Below, piece after piece: positions 49,932-59,898 of a stretch of 64,000 nt of DNA. The notes beneath the pieces are model-generated. The model had not been told where the DNA came from. It did no database searches and worked only from the letters and a program-made list of their open reading frames with translations. Positions within the stretch are counted from its first letter, which is position 1. Each line of letters opens with the position of its first letter. Location: the NCBI GenBank assembly GCA_964594215.1, contig CAZQLN010000002.1, positions 105,855 to 169,854 on the forward strand, read 5' to 3'. This DNA is from an uncultured Bdellovibrionales bacterium (lineage in GTDB: Bacteria > Patescibacteriota > Minisyncoccia > Moranbacterales > UBA1568). The translations under genes and the position numbers were made by a program.

Positions 49932-50324
49932 CTACTCTCTTTGCTTGTTCTTGAGAAGGTACGCGACAGAAAAAAGAGCATACCCAATACAAAGAACTAG
50001 CCCGGTCATACCTTTAGTGAATCCCGCTATCTCGTCCCCTACTGACCACGGCATCAACGTAATGATGATTATATAGGCAGGTATAAAATAGTAAGTCACC
50101 CTCTTCCACTCATTGAAAGTCACATCTGAGACCTTCTGTGCAATCAATGCTGGGGTCAGAAGAGCTGGGCTCAATAATAATATCACTAAAAGCAAATTAT
50201 AATTTTCCCAACAGATGATATCACGTGAGCCACAAAAATTAGACTTTATTGTTTCTTCTAAAAGAAGAAGTCCCAGGAAGATGACTGTCATGCAAATAGT
50301 TAAAAACAAAAGATTTTTCTTCAT
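49932..50324 (-). CDS. Hypothetical membrane protein (4 TM helices)
   Basis: 130-aa ORF with hydrophobic segments. Confidence 0.4.
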   Translation of the reverse strand: MKKNLLFLTICMTVIFLGLLLLEETIKSNFCGSRDIICWENYNLLLVILLLSPALLTPALIAQKVSDVTFNEWKRVTYYFIPAYIIIITLMPWSVGDEIAGFTKGMTGLVLCIGYALFSVAYLLKNKQRE

Positions 50325-50328
50325 AATG

Positions 50329-53300
50329 CTAATACTTAATATTTATTATACCTCTATCAATCTGTATATAAGGCACTACAAGTCCCGGAAGTATTTTCCT
50401 GACCCTCCTTTTATCGCAGGTCTCCGGATCATCATCTTCATTCTCTGATTTATCCATGATGTAAGTCTGGTTCTTCTTCTTGATGTAGTGAGCTGTCAGC
50501 CTATTCTCTCCACTTCTGATATGGGAAGAAAAAGCCACAGCCTCATCCCTTCTTTTATCTTCCTTGTAGCGATACCAAAGTCTGGTATTGATGAGATTGA
50601 TAACGGCCTCTTCATTATAGCGGATACTTTCTAGGGTGGCTCCGTCTTTATTCTTTTTTTCTTTTTGCTTAGAGAAAGTGAGTACCGTAGTATTACCAGC
50701 TTCATCAACTAAACTATAGACATTGTTATCTTGAGTGACCACAATATTTTCTTCAATTCCTTGTACGAGAAGTTTCCCCGCCAATGTATCAAAACTTATT
50801 CTTGGTTCTGGAGCAACGGTATCTATCATAATTGTTTGTTCTTTGACCTCTTCTCTGTTACCCGATGTATCAGTTGAACGAAAATATACTTGTATATTAC
50901 CGTCCTTAGTGATTATAAATGGACTGTTATACGGCTGCCAAGAATCATTGCCTACCATGTATTCTGTCATGGCACCTTCTTCAGTGGTAAGAGTTACCTC
51001 TACCGCACTCTTATACCAACTATTCGTTCCTTCTGTACCAGAGAGAGTCATAGTTGTTTCTGGTGGAGTAGTATCCAATGGAGTTGGATTTTCATATTCT
51101 GTTGTTTCTCCTGAGTTAGCCTCCATCTTAGTTTCTACTATACCGTCAGCATCAAAGTCGATACTCATCTGAGCTGGTGCCGTATCCGTGCTAGGGATAA
51201 TGTCTACTATTGAACCTGAAAGTGTCGGCATGGCCTCAAACTTAGTTTCTGCGAGGACTTCTTCTCCTTGCAATTCTTCTATATCCAGAGTGAATGAACC
51301 CTCAGCATAGGCATTCAACTTAACAGTGTGTTCTATATTCTTCGGAATGAGCACCGTCTTAATCTCTCCTATCTCGAAATACTGAGCACCTTTTATATTC
51401 TCGACTATAGTATCGGTATTCGAATCCCAGCCCGTTTTATTACCCGCACTATCTGCCACGGTCAGATAGAGCGGCGAGTGAATATCGTATTTTATATATG
51501 GCTTATTAAGTGGCTCTGGCTCAAATGAAGTAACATAATCGTCATCTATATCCGTAAGATTGTTGCCAATAAGAGACTCGATAAATGGGCGAAGAGAACT
51601 AACTTCAAGAATATCCTTGTGCTTTGTGTCTGGAGTAAATCGTTGTATAAAAGCTCTACTGTTATAAGTTCCTAGATCAACCCAATACTTTTTTACTTTA
51701 CTACTCTCCGGTATATCCAAAGCACTCGGCACAAGCACTGTGGCATCGCCGTTGAGCGTCAACTTATCCTCAACTGTTATCCCATCTTTATTCTCATAAC
51801 AAAATGGCCTTCCACCAATAAGCTGATTAGCATCGAACTGACAGATCTTGTCATCTGTTACTCTCAATCCAGCTACCGTATACATCCCCCACCCAGCTAT
51901 CTGTACCACCTCTGTTTCTGGAGCAGGCGCCCAATTATCTAGAATCTGATGCACAGACTCAGCCTGACTCAAGAGATTGCTATTCAGTACCTCTGGATTA
52001 AACGTATCCATATAGTCTGGTCGCGTCCGACCATCCACTCCAGTCAAAAATTCTTGTAATTCCTGGTACGTATTGATTTTATTCCCATAATGACTTATCC
52101 AGCTCGGGTCAATGTTGTTACCCACAAATTCAATAGGTGGATTGATACTCTCAAACATTTTCTCACTTGGAAGGAGATTATACATAGTTGGCATATTATG
52201 TACCAACCCACGACTTCGTTCAGCTGATACACCAAGCCAGGCTATACCAAGCTTCGATCCATAAAGCATGCTCACCACCGCATCAGGTGTGCCTGTTTGT
52301 GGTACTGCTACTAGAATAATCTTATCAATCTGATAGTAAAGTGGGTCATTAGCATCTTTCAGTTTCTGAACAAAAGCTTTGAGAACCAATCCTCCATTAG
52401 AATGTCCTATCAGAGTCACCTTCCCTGATTTAGAACTGCTTTGCAGAGCCTTGGCTTTCTGATAGAGATAGCTCTGGGTCAGGTCTGTATTCTCCGTTGT
52501 ATAAGTAAGATTATTACCCTCTATACGCCCATTCATTACAATATCATCTAATGAAAGTCGCCAATCATAAGGAATGAAAGCGTAGTCAGTAAATAATCCT
52601 TCTGCCTTCCAATCGTGAAGATCTTCTATAAAAGATTCGTAAAGATTACTCCCATAAACATCGTCTACTAGGCCGGTTTCATCAAGTTCACTCCCTCTCT
52701 CTGTATCATTTTTGGTAAAGACTCCATTTTTACTTGTACCGTCACCATTCATTTCCATGCGTTCCTGCTTAGCATCACTACTTGATACCCAGAGCTCATT
52801 ATCATTGCTACCCGTGTTTTCATACAGTCTACTCCCCATGATTCCGGGCAAGAACATCACATTAGAAACACAGTTGTTAAAACAGTCTTTCCAGGGTTGA
52901 TAGAGAATATAGTCTGAAACTCTGTTGCCGAGCCCTGTAGGATTAGTTGTGGTATGTTTCGGCCCACTTGAGTCTCCCCACCAGGTATTTTTTGCATCTA
53001 CCACGGTATGTGCCAACGAGGTATTCATCATACCGTAATCAACATTGTTGTAAATGCTGTTTCCTTGCAGTGTAAGACTGCCGTTATGATAGCGTATTCC
53101 TACAACGTTTTCAGTAATCTCATTGTTACGTAGAGTTGTGTTGCCACTTGCAGCCAATATACCAAACTGTCCGCTCTTAGTAAGAAGTGAGTCCTCGACA
53201 GTCAAAGCTCCTCCAAAGTTATAAAGTTGACCATATACTGGCGTACATCCGCCATAGTAAATATGCGTATTTTTTACTGTAAGAGTAGCGTTTGGGTGTA

Positions 53301-53664
53301 CTCCTATATAGCACCAATCTGTTTTGGATGGGGCAGTCGCACTCCCATCATTATTGGTATCACCACCAAAACTGTCGTCTGTCTGAGTGGTGATAGTGAC
53401 TGATTCACCACTACTACCAATATTAGTAGTTCCCATCGAATACAGAGCTTGAGTGCCTCGTAATTTGACAATTGTCCCTGGTTCTATGGTCAGAGTTACC
53501 CCAACCGGTACGGTAACTTGTGTGACGATATATGGACTCCCAGCTTTGGTCCAGGTAGCGTTTCCTGATAGGGTGCCATTTACAGTAGTTGCTGCCTGTG
53601 TTTGAGGTATGAAAAAGAAAAATCCTCCGAAAAGGAACACTGTCAAGGCAAGACTTCTCTGCAT
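50329..53664 (-). CDS. Giant secreted protein: N-terminal parallel beta-helix repeats, alpha/beta-hydrolase (lipase/PGAP1-like, GHSNG), C-terminal beta-rich domains
   Basis: Signal peptide MQRSLALTVFLFGGFFFFIPQTQA; beta-helix repeat turns (NNEITENVVGIRYHNGSLTLQGNSIYNN); nucleophile elbow VTLIGHSNGGLV. Confidence 0.65.
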   Translation of the reverse strand: MQRSLALTVFLFGGFFFFIPQTQAATTVNGTLSGNATWTKAGSPYIVTQVTVPVGVTLTIEPGTIVKLRGTQALYSMGTTNIGSSGESVTITTQTDDSFGGDTNNDGSATAPSKTDWCYIGVHPNATLTVKNTHIYYGGCTPVYGQLYNFGGALTVEDSLLTKSGQFGILAASGNTTLRNNEITENVVGIRYHNGSLTLQGNSIYNNVDYGMMNTSLAHTVVDAKNTWWGDSSGPKHTTTNPTGLGNRVSDYILYQPWKDCFNNCVSNVMFLPGIMGSRLYENTGSNDNELWVSSSDAKQERMEMNGDGTSKNGVFTKNDTERGSELDETGLVDDVYGSNLYESFIEDLHDWKAEGLFTDYAFIPYDWRLSLDDIVMNGRIEGNNLTYTTENTDLTQSYLYQKAKALQSSSKSGKVTLIGHSNGGLVLKAFVQKLKDANDPLYYQIDKIILVAVPQTGTPDAVVSMLYGSKLGIAWLGVSAERSRGLVHNMPTMYNLLPSEKMFESINPPIEFVGNNIDPSWISHYGNKINTYQELQEFLTGVDGRTRPDYMDTFNPEVLNSNLLSQAESVHQILDNWAPAPETEVVQIAGWGMYTVAGLRVTDDKICQFDANQLIGGRPFCYENKDGITVEDKLTLNGDATVLVPSALDIPESSKVKKYWVDLGTYNSRAFIQRFTPDTKHKDILEVSSLRPFIESLIGNNLTDIDDDYVTSFEPEPLNKPYIKYDIHSPLYLTVADSAGNKTGWDSNTDTIVENIKGAQYFEIGEIKTVLIPKNIEHTVKLNAYAEGSFTLDIEELQGEEVLAETKFEAMPTLSGSIVDIIPSTDTAPAQMSIDFDADGIVETKMEANSGETTEYENPTPLDTTPPETTMTLSGTEGTNSWYKSAVEVTLTTEEGAMTEYMVGNDSWQPYNSPFIITKDGNIQVYFRSTDTSGNREEVKEQTIMIDTVAPEPRISFDTLAGKLLVQGIEENIVVTQDNNVYSLVDEAGNTTVLTFSKQKEKKNKDGATLESIRYNEEAVINLINTRLWYRYKEDKRRDEAVAFSSHIRSGENRLTAHYIKKKNQTYIMDKSENEDDDPETCDKRRVRKILPGLVVPYIQIDRGIINIKY

Positions 53665-53731
53665 AGTTATTTGGAAAAGGTTTTAGCTACCTTTATAGTA
53701 TCAAACTAATCTAACCAAAAACAAGGCTCTC

Positions 53732-54130
53732 TTAACTCTTTCTGCTTGAAAAAAGTAGCCCTAGGAGAGCTCCTGTAATGAGCATATCTGCTACATTAAC
53801 CTGACTCCCTATAATCGGCAGAGTGATGAAATCAGCTACACAACCATACATGAGACGTTCTAGTGTATTGGCGAGTCCTGCCCCCAAAAGGATGCTCAAG
53901 ACAACTTTATCTCGCCATTCACTGGTTCGTAGGTAGAATATAAGAAGAGCAGCTAGTATACCCCATTCAAAAAATATCAAAAATGGCCCTGGTTCCAAAA
54001 AACCAAAGCCATAGTTTGTGTTGCAAAAAAAATGAGTGGTCTCTCGAATCAGGAGATTCATGAGAAGACAAAAACCCAAAACCAGACTTGGTAAGAGAAA
54101 TGGCACTCTCTTTACCCAGGCTACAATCAT
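53732..54130 (-). CDS. lspA: Lipoprotein signal peptidase II (short form)
   Basis: 132 aa, 4 TM; GCVADFITLP...NVADMLI resembles the LspA VVDF/NxAD motifs. Confidence 0.55.
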   Translation of the reverse strand: MIVAWVKRVPFLLPSLVLGFCLLMNLLIRETTHFFCNTNYGFGFLEPGPFLIFFEWGILAALLIFYLRTSEWRDKVVLSILLGAGLANTLERLMYGCVADFITLPIIGSQVNVADMLITGALLGLLFSSRKS

Positions 54131-54135
54131 AGGGT

Positions 54136-54486
54136 CTAGCGATGAATAGCGGTACGAGCTGCCGGATAGATGCGAAGACGCTCTTCGCTGATCTCCTCTC
54201 CACTAACTTCACAAACACCATATGTCCCCGCTTCGAGCTTCTCAAGGGCATCTATGACATCTTTCAGTTGGGTTTCTAGATTTGATTCAAGGGCAATATC
54301 ATCAACATACTGCTCTACCTCTGAAGCATGTTCATCTTCATCAGTTCCCATATCCTGGAAATTGGTCTCGTAACTACCTTCTGTACCAGTAGATTTTGCG
54401 AAACGAGAAAGTTCGCCCTCAAGATTAACCTTTTCTTCGAGGAGTTTCCCCTTCATTTCTTCGAGAAATTCTTGTGTGTATGCCAT
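54136..54486 (-). CDS. DksA/TraR-family protein with zinc-finger cysteines largely absent
   Basis: 116 aa; C-terminal G.YG.CE.SGEEI.EERL...P.A motif but only one Cys. Confidence 0.55.
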   Translation of the reverse strand: MAYTQEFLEEMKGKLLEEKVNLEGELSRFAKSTGTEGSYETNFQDMGTDEDEHASEVEQYVDDIALESNLETQLKDVIDALEKLEAGTYGVCEVSGEEISEERLRIYPAARTAIHR

Positions 54487-54535
54487 AGTATTTTTATCAA
54501 TGTAGAGCTAGTATACCTAAAAAATAGTGATTTGT

Positions 54536-54919
54536 CTAAAGGAATATATCTGATAAATGTCTGACTCTCGCCTTACCATCAGTCTCATTAATAAGAACAC
54601 TGATAGCATCAAAACCATAAGCCCTATCTTGCTGTCTTGTTGATCGTAAATAGACGTTGGCAATTCGGGTAAGTTTACGGAGTTTATCTCGATTAATATT
54701 AGCCTCGGGAGGTAACTCTTCTGTGTATCTCTCTATGCGAGTTTTGACTTCAACAAAGAGTATTTTTCCTTTATATAAAGCGATAATATCGATTTCGCCA
54801 AGACGAACTCCTTCGCTATTCGTATAATTACGAGCCACAATAGTATAACCCTTCTTCTTTAGATAGTGGCAAGCAATATTCTCCCCCAACTGTCCTGTAG
54901 AAAGGTGTTTGGAAGGCAT
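54536..54919 (-). CDS. yraN: YraN-family (UPF0102) endonuclease-like protein
   Basis: GENIACHYLKKKGYTIVARNY...GEIDIIA...LFVEVKTR signature. Confidence 0.8.
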   Translation of the reverse strand: MPSKHLSTGQLGENIACHYLKKKGYTIVARNYTNSEGVRLGEIDIIALYKGKILFVEVKTRIERYTEELPPEANINRDKLRKLTRIANVYLRSTRQQDRAYGFDAISVLINETDGKARVRHLSDIFL

Positions 54920-55631
54920 AAAAAGCTATTTAAGTATGAAAAAAAGCCTCTATAAGGCCTAAATTGAATTGTTGGTGTCGGGCGCGACGAGGCCCGATAT
55001 AAAAAATATTGGCTGTGGCGCCCGACTGCATGTGCCAACAGGTATGAAGGTTACCGCATTCCGGGTGAGAGAATACTAAGTAATCCAGGACACGCCTGTA
55101 TTTTGTGCAAATGCTCCTATATAGTCATCCTAACTTTTTTGACTACTTTTCCCTCCCCATTCTCTGGCATATTTGCCTTTAGAGATTTTTTGAAAGAACT
55201 TGTTTTTATTTTGTTTTTTGTTTTTCTCCTGACATATATTATGTTTGTCTGGAGTGAATTATTAATTTTAATAATTCTTTTTTGTTTTTGTTTTGGTCTC
55301 CGTGTTAGGACGGAGCGGCTACTTTACGATGAAGTAACACTTGAACAGTGGAGGAAACTCTCCCGCAACCAATACGGTTACGAAGGTGTTCCATCCACCA
55401 TTCAACTCTAAAAAGAATGAATGTGGGAAATTGTTAAGGTTCAAACTCACTTACAAATCAATTATAGCAGAAAAAACAGCTCAAGTCAACCATCTATACA
55501 TAAAAATCCTTTGTTCTAAACGTTTTTATACTGTTCAGTCTCTTTTACTTAATAAAAAGAAAACTTTTCAAGAAAATAAAGTAAATTACTTTTTCTAAAT
55601 CAAAAAATTTTCTTTTTGTTAAGCCTTTTTT

Positions 55632-56705
55632 CTAACGCACACCTACTTCAAGTGTCTTCCTTGTCACATCTTTACTGTTTCCGAAAAAAAGTAGTTTGTT
55701 TTGCAGAATATAATCAAAAGAATAGCCCTTCTCTGGAGCAATGTTACTGTAACGCACAACGCTGTTATTGTATGATCCAGTTCCGAACTTGATACTTGTA
55801 GGTAATACTAGATCGGCCGGATAGAGAATATTACGAAAAGTGGTTGGTAAAATGGTTTCTAACTTACTTAGAAGTTCAGTTGGATTTTCCTCTTCCTCCT
55901 TGAGTTTAGTAGCTATACCTCTCCGTACCTGACCATTCTCAATAAAAAGAACCAGCGTGAAGTCCTCATCAAGAGCTGTCAAAATATCCTCCCCCGGACC
56001 AAAGTCCATGAGATACGCAAAGCGACTCATGGCGAGAGGGATATTATTTTGGTCAGTTACCTGAAAAACAATTGGTTCAGTAGTTCCAGATGTAAGCATT
56101 CGAGCCTCAAGATCGCTTATTTCAGCCAAAATACTCTCTTTAGTAGCGGTCTCCGGATCAATAGAAAAATAGTTGGAACGAGTTGTAGAAAAAGCTTCTT
56201 TCTCAAGGGCAGGTTCAGAAGTAGTTTCTTTTGTATCGGATTCAGTAGTAACTGATTCTTCTATCTTTGGCTGGTCCGCTATTTCTGCGTCACGTATTTT
56301 TTCTAAATACAGAAATATCCCGATGATAAGAATAAGACCTACTGTCAAGATAGAGCCGATGATAAGAATTTTTGAAGAATGTCCGTGAGTACCTTCTTCT
56401 GAGGCCTTCATGGTAATTGCTCCACTAGGCGGAACTAGTGGTGTTGGGCTAACTGGCGGAGCAGGAACTTGATTGACTGGTGGCAATGGAGCTTGTGCTA
56501 CCATTGGTTCATTCTGAAGAAAGGGGTTTGTAACCGGGTTAGTGGATGGTGCGGCGGCGGCAGGTGTGTTTGCTACTGGAGCAACTGGTGCTGTAGGCGC
56601 TTGTGACTTTTCTCCCATGATTCGTACCTGCGAGAGGACGTCTGGGGTAATATTTGATTCAACTACGGTATCGTTTTCTGTTTTTTTTGATCCAAAGAAG
56701 GACAT
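55632..56705 (-). CDS. Hypothetical single-pass membrane protein with Pro-rich N-terminal region
   Basis: 357-aa ORF; central TM ILIIGSILTVGLILIIGIFLY. Confidence 0.45.
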   Translation of the reverse strand: MSFFGSKKTENDTVVESNITPDVLSQVRIMGEKSQAPTAPVAPVANTPAAAAPSTNPVTNPFLQNEPMVAQAPLPPVNQVPAPPVSPTPLVPPSGAITMKASEEGTHGHSSKILIIGSILTVGLILIIGIFLYLEKIRDAEIADQPKIEESVTTESDTKETTSEPALEKEAFSTTRSNYFSIDPETATKESILAEISDLEARMLTSGTTEPIVFQVTDQNNIPLAMSRFAYLMDFGPGEDILTALDEDFTLVLFIENGQVRRGIATKLKEEEENPTELLSKLETILPTTFRNILYPADLVLPTSIKFGTGSYNNSVVRYSNIAPEKGYSFDYILQNKLLFFGNSKDVTRKTLEVGVR

Positions 56706-56776
56706 ATGTTTTTTTCACCAAAAAAGGGAGCTTCATGCTCCCTTTTAGTATACTCTATTTTTCTGAACAGACAATT

Positions 56777-58876
56777 CTATGCGTCAAGGAGTGCTTTCAT
56801 GGAAAGGTTGATCCTTCCTTGAGAATCAATTTCCTTAACCAATACTTTTACATGATCACCTACAGAAACGACATCTTCTACTTTTTCTACTCGAGCATTG
56901 GCAAGCTCTGAAATATGGATCAACCCCTCTTGATTTGGTAACACTTCAGCAAAAGCTCCAAAAGCCATAATCCGAGTGATGCGAGCCTCAAATATTTCTC
57001 CAGCCTTCACCTCACGAGTAAGACTCTCAATCCAAGCTACTGCCTTTTCGCCACCCGGCCCATCTGTGGCTGTAATAAAGACAGAACCATCATCTTCAAT
57101 ATCAATAGAAACACCCGTTTCATCGATAATCTGATTTATCATCTTACCACCCGGTCCGATAACATCACGAATTTTCTCTGGATTGATATGTAGAGTGATG
57201 ATACGAGGCGCAAAAGGTGAAAGTTCTTTACGAGGGGCTTCAATAGCCTCTAGCATCTTACCCATAATGAACATCCGACCCTCTTTAGCCTGTAAAATAG
57301 CGTCCTTAAGCATACTTGGTGTCAGCCCATCAATTTTCACATCCATCTGCAGGGCAGTAATTCCCTCTGTAGTACCAGCTACTTTAAAGTCCATGTCTCC
57401 GTAATGATCTTCAAGTCCCTGAATATCAGAAAGGACCTTGAAACGATCGTCCTTGCCAGTGATAACCCCCATAGCAATACCAGCTACTGGACGAGTGATC
57501 GGCACTCCGGCATCCATCAAAGACAGCGTTGAGCCACAGGTAGATGCCATTGATGAAGAACCATTAGATTCCAAAACCTCAGAAACTAAAAGAATCGTAT
57601 AAGGGAAATCTTCCTTACTTGGAAGAACTGGGAGAAGAGCTTTCTCAGCGAGGGCGCCGTGGCCAATTTCTCGACGACCCGGCCCACGCATAGGGCGTAC
57701 CTCACCAACTGAATATGGTGGAAAATTGTAAAAATGCATGTAACGCTTCTTGTGATCTGTTTCCATAGTATCCACTACCATTTCATCACCAGGAGCACCG
57801 AGCGTCGTCACTGTTAAAGCTTGCGTCTCTCCGCGAGTAAAGAGTCCTGTTCCATGAGTACGAGGAAGAATACCTACCTTAGTAGTAATTGGGCGAATCT
57901 CATTTAAAGCGCGACCGTCTGGACGAATATCTTCATCCAAGATCTTAGCGTGCACCACTTCATCAGCAAATTCATCACTAACCAAAGCTAAAATTTCACT
58001 AATATTCTTTTCCTCTGTAAATTTTTCAGTTGCTCGTTTTTGAAGTTCTTGATTAATCTCGGCCATTTTACTTTCTACAGCTTGTTTCGGGCGTAAGTAC
58101 AAGGCTTCAGCTAGACCAAGCTCCTGACACCATTCTCGGATAGCTCCTTCAAATTCATCACTGCCGACAAGAAGAGCTGCTTGTCTTTTCTCTTTCCCAA
58201 CTTCTTGCTTGATACTAGTAATAAACTCCGTGATTTTCTGAATAGCTTCAAAGGCAAACTCAAAAGCTGATCCCATTTGTTCTTCAGTAATTTCTTGCGC
58301 ACCCGCTTCAATCATATTGATCTTCTCATGGGTACCCGAAACCAAAAGATCGAGCTTACTCTCAGCACGATCAGCTTTTTTGGGATTCAAAGTAAAGCCA
58401 CTCTCTGTCAATCCAACACGAACAGCTCCAATAGGCCCGTTCCAAGGGATATCTGAGAGGGTAAGTGCTGCTGAAGCGGCTATCATGGCTACCAAATCAC
58501 AATCATTTTCACCGTCAAAGGAAAGCACTGTGGTAATTACCTGAACCTCATTGCGCATCCGGCTATTAAAAAGTGGGCGAATGGTGCGATCTACGGCTCG
58601 TCCTGAGAGAACAGAGTCATCAGATGGACGCCCTTCACGCTTAATAAAACGTGAACCCTTGATCTTACCGGCAGCATAGTAACGCTCCTCAAAATCCACC
58701 ATCAAAGGGAAATATCCGGTGATCCGAGACATTTCTTTACTCATGACAGCTGTTGCTAGAACAACTGTGTCCCCATAACGTACCGTCACTGAGCCATTGG
58801 CCTGTTTAGCGAGTGTTCCCGTTTCGATAACGAGATCGCGCTCCCCTAAAGGGAGCGTAAAACTTTTCTCTTGCAT
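56777..58876 (-). CDS. pnp: Polyribonucleotide nucleotidyltransferase
   Basis: 699 aa, two RNase PH domains, KH and S1 C-terminal domains. Confidence 0.9.
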   Translation of the reverse strand: MQEKSFTLPLGERDLVIETGTLAKQANGSVTVRYGDTVVLATAVMSKEMSRITGYFPLMVDFEERYYAAGKIKGSRFIKREGRPSDDSVLSGRAVDRTIRPLFNSRMRNEVQVITTVLSFDGENDCDLVAMIAASAALTLSDIPWNGPIGAVRVGLTESGFTLNPKKADRAESKLDLLVSGTHEKINMIEAGAQEITEEQMGSAFEFAFEAIQKITEFITSIKQEVGKEKRQAALLVGSDEFEGAIREWCQELGLAEALYLRPKQAVESKMAEINQELQKRATEKFTEEKNISEILALVSDEFADEVVHAKILDEDIRPDGRALNEIRPITTKVGILPRTHGTGLFTRGETQALTVTTLGAPGDEMVVDTMETDHKKRYMHFYNFPPYSVGEVRPMRGPGRREIGHGALAEKALLPVLPSKEDFPYTILLVSEVLESNGSSSMASTCGSTLSLMDAGVPITRPVAGIAMGVITGKDDRFKVLSDIQGLEDHYGDMDFKVAGTTEGITALQMDVKIDGLTPSMLKDAILQAKEGRMFIMGKMLEAIEAPRKELSPFAPRIITLHINPEKIRDVIGPGGKMINQIIDETGVSIDIEDDGSVFITATDGPGGEKAVAWIESLTREVKAGEIFEARITRIMAFGAFAEVLPNQEGLIHISELANARVEKVEDVVSVGDHVKVLVKEIDSQGRINLSMKALLDA

Positions 58877-59002
58877 ATCTTTATGCGCTCGCCATGGCCT
58901 ATATACACACGTCTCGTCACTATACCTAGTGAATAAGCGTGTAGCTACAAACCAGAGCTTACGTCTTTATTTAATTACATCTTCATCCCTTCTTTGATGA
59001 GC

Positions 59003-59500
59003 CTAAATCAAAAATTTACGCTTATCTGAAGAAAGATTGAAAAAATCATCAGCCACCTCAAGAAGTTTCTGACTTGAAGATTCAGCGAAGGCTACTACCT
59101 CCACCCGACAGGCAAAGGTGTTTTGGATATATTCAGCCAGTGATACATAGTCGCCATCACCTGACACCAAAACAATAACATCTACTTTTTGAGCCATTTT
59201 TATGGCATCAACAGCAATCCCAACATCCCAATCACCCTTCTTAGAACCATCCGGAAAGATCTGTAGATCTTTGGTTTTTACCTCGTAGCCAGCCTTTTCG
59301 AGAGCTTCAAAAAATTTATCTTCTGTAGCCTCTACTGTAGTAATGCCATAAGCAATAGCTCGAATTAACTTACGTTCAGACACGCTCGCCAATAAAACAT
59401 TCTTAAAGTTCACCTTTTTGTTGTAAAGGACACGGGCGCTGTAGTAGAGGTTGGAAATATCTACGAGTACCCCTATTCTTTGGTCGAGAAATTTTGCCAT
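59003..59500 (-). CDS. NYN-domain (LabA-like) protein
   Basis: 165 aa; VDISNL...DGDY...AFA pattern of NYN/PIN-like nucleases. Confidence 0.7.
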   Translation of the reverse strand: MAKFLDQRIGVLVDISNLYYSARVLYNKKVNFKNVLLASVSERKLIRAIAYGITTVEATEDKFFEALEKAGYEVKTKDLQIFPDGSKKGDWDVGIAVDAIKMAQKVDVIVLVSGDGDYVSLAEYIQNTFACRVEVVAFAESSSQKLLEVADDFFNLSSDKRKFLI

Positions 59501-59518
59501 AGGAAAAAAGAAAGAGGG

Positions 59519-59785
59519 CTACTTTAGCCCTAATTTCTTGATCAGTTCTTTATATGATTTTTCATTGGTAGACTTGAGATAGGTGAGAAGTTTTTTACGC
59601 TTTGCCACCATTTTCAGGAGTCCACGACGTGAATGAAAATCTTTATTATTTTTCTTGAGATGAATGGTCAATTTACGAATTTGTTCCGTAAAAAGGGCTA
59701 TTTGGTATTCTGGTGAACCAGTGTCCTTATCGTGCCGCTTTACCTCCGTCGTTACCTTATCCTTCTGCTTATGTGTCAGTGCCAT
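59519..59785 (-). CDS. rpsO: 30S ribosomal protein S15
   Basis: 88 aa; GSPEYQIALFTEQI...L..HLKKNNKDFHSRRGL. Confidence 0.9.
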   Translation of the reverse strand: MALTHKQKDKVTTEVKRHDKDTGSPEYQIALFTEQIRKLTIHLKKNNKDFHSRRGLLKMVAKRKKLLTYLKSTNEKSYKELIKKLGLK

Positions 59786-59898
59786 ACTTTATTTGACAGC
59801 GAGTTACTCGTCTTCTATGAGAAAACCAGTCCCTGCTCATATAGATTAAAATTAACAAGTTGTACTATAGCACAGATTGCTTTTTTTGCAAATCAGGC

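Noticed and set aside
54958-55410. Attempt to assign the GC-rich hairpin region to SRP RNA, tmRNA, RNase P RNA or a tRNA
   Set aside because: By eye I found no GGUUCGAAUCC T-loop, no tmRNA 5'-GGGG/3'-CCA ends, no SRP helix-8 AGGxxAGG/GGAA/AGCAGC motif and no RNase P P4 sequence. It is kept only as an unclassified candidate.
55103-55411. 102-aa and 85-aa ORFs in the long intergenic region
   Set aside because: Low-complexity Phe/Leu-rich translations driven by T-runs. No Shine-Dalgarno. The region is more likely non-coding or RNA-encoding.
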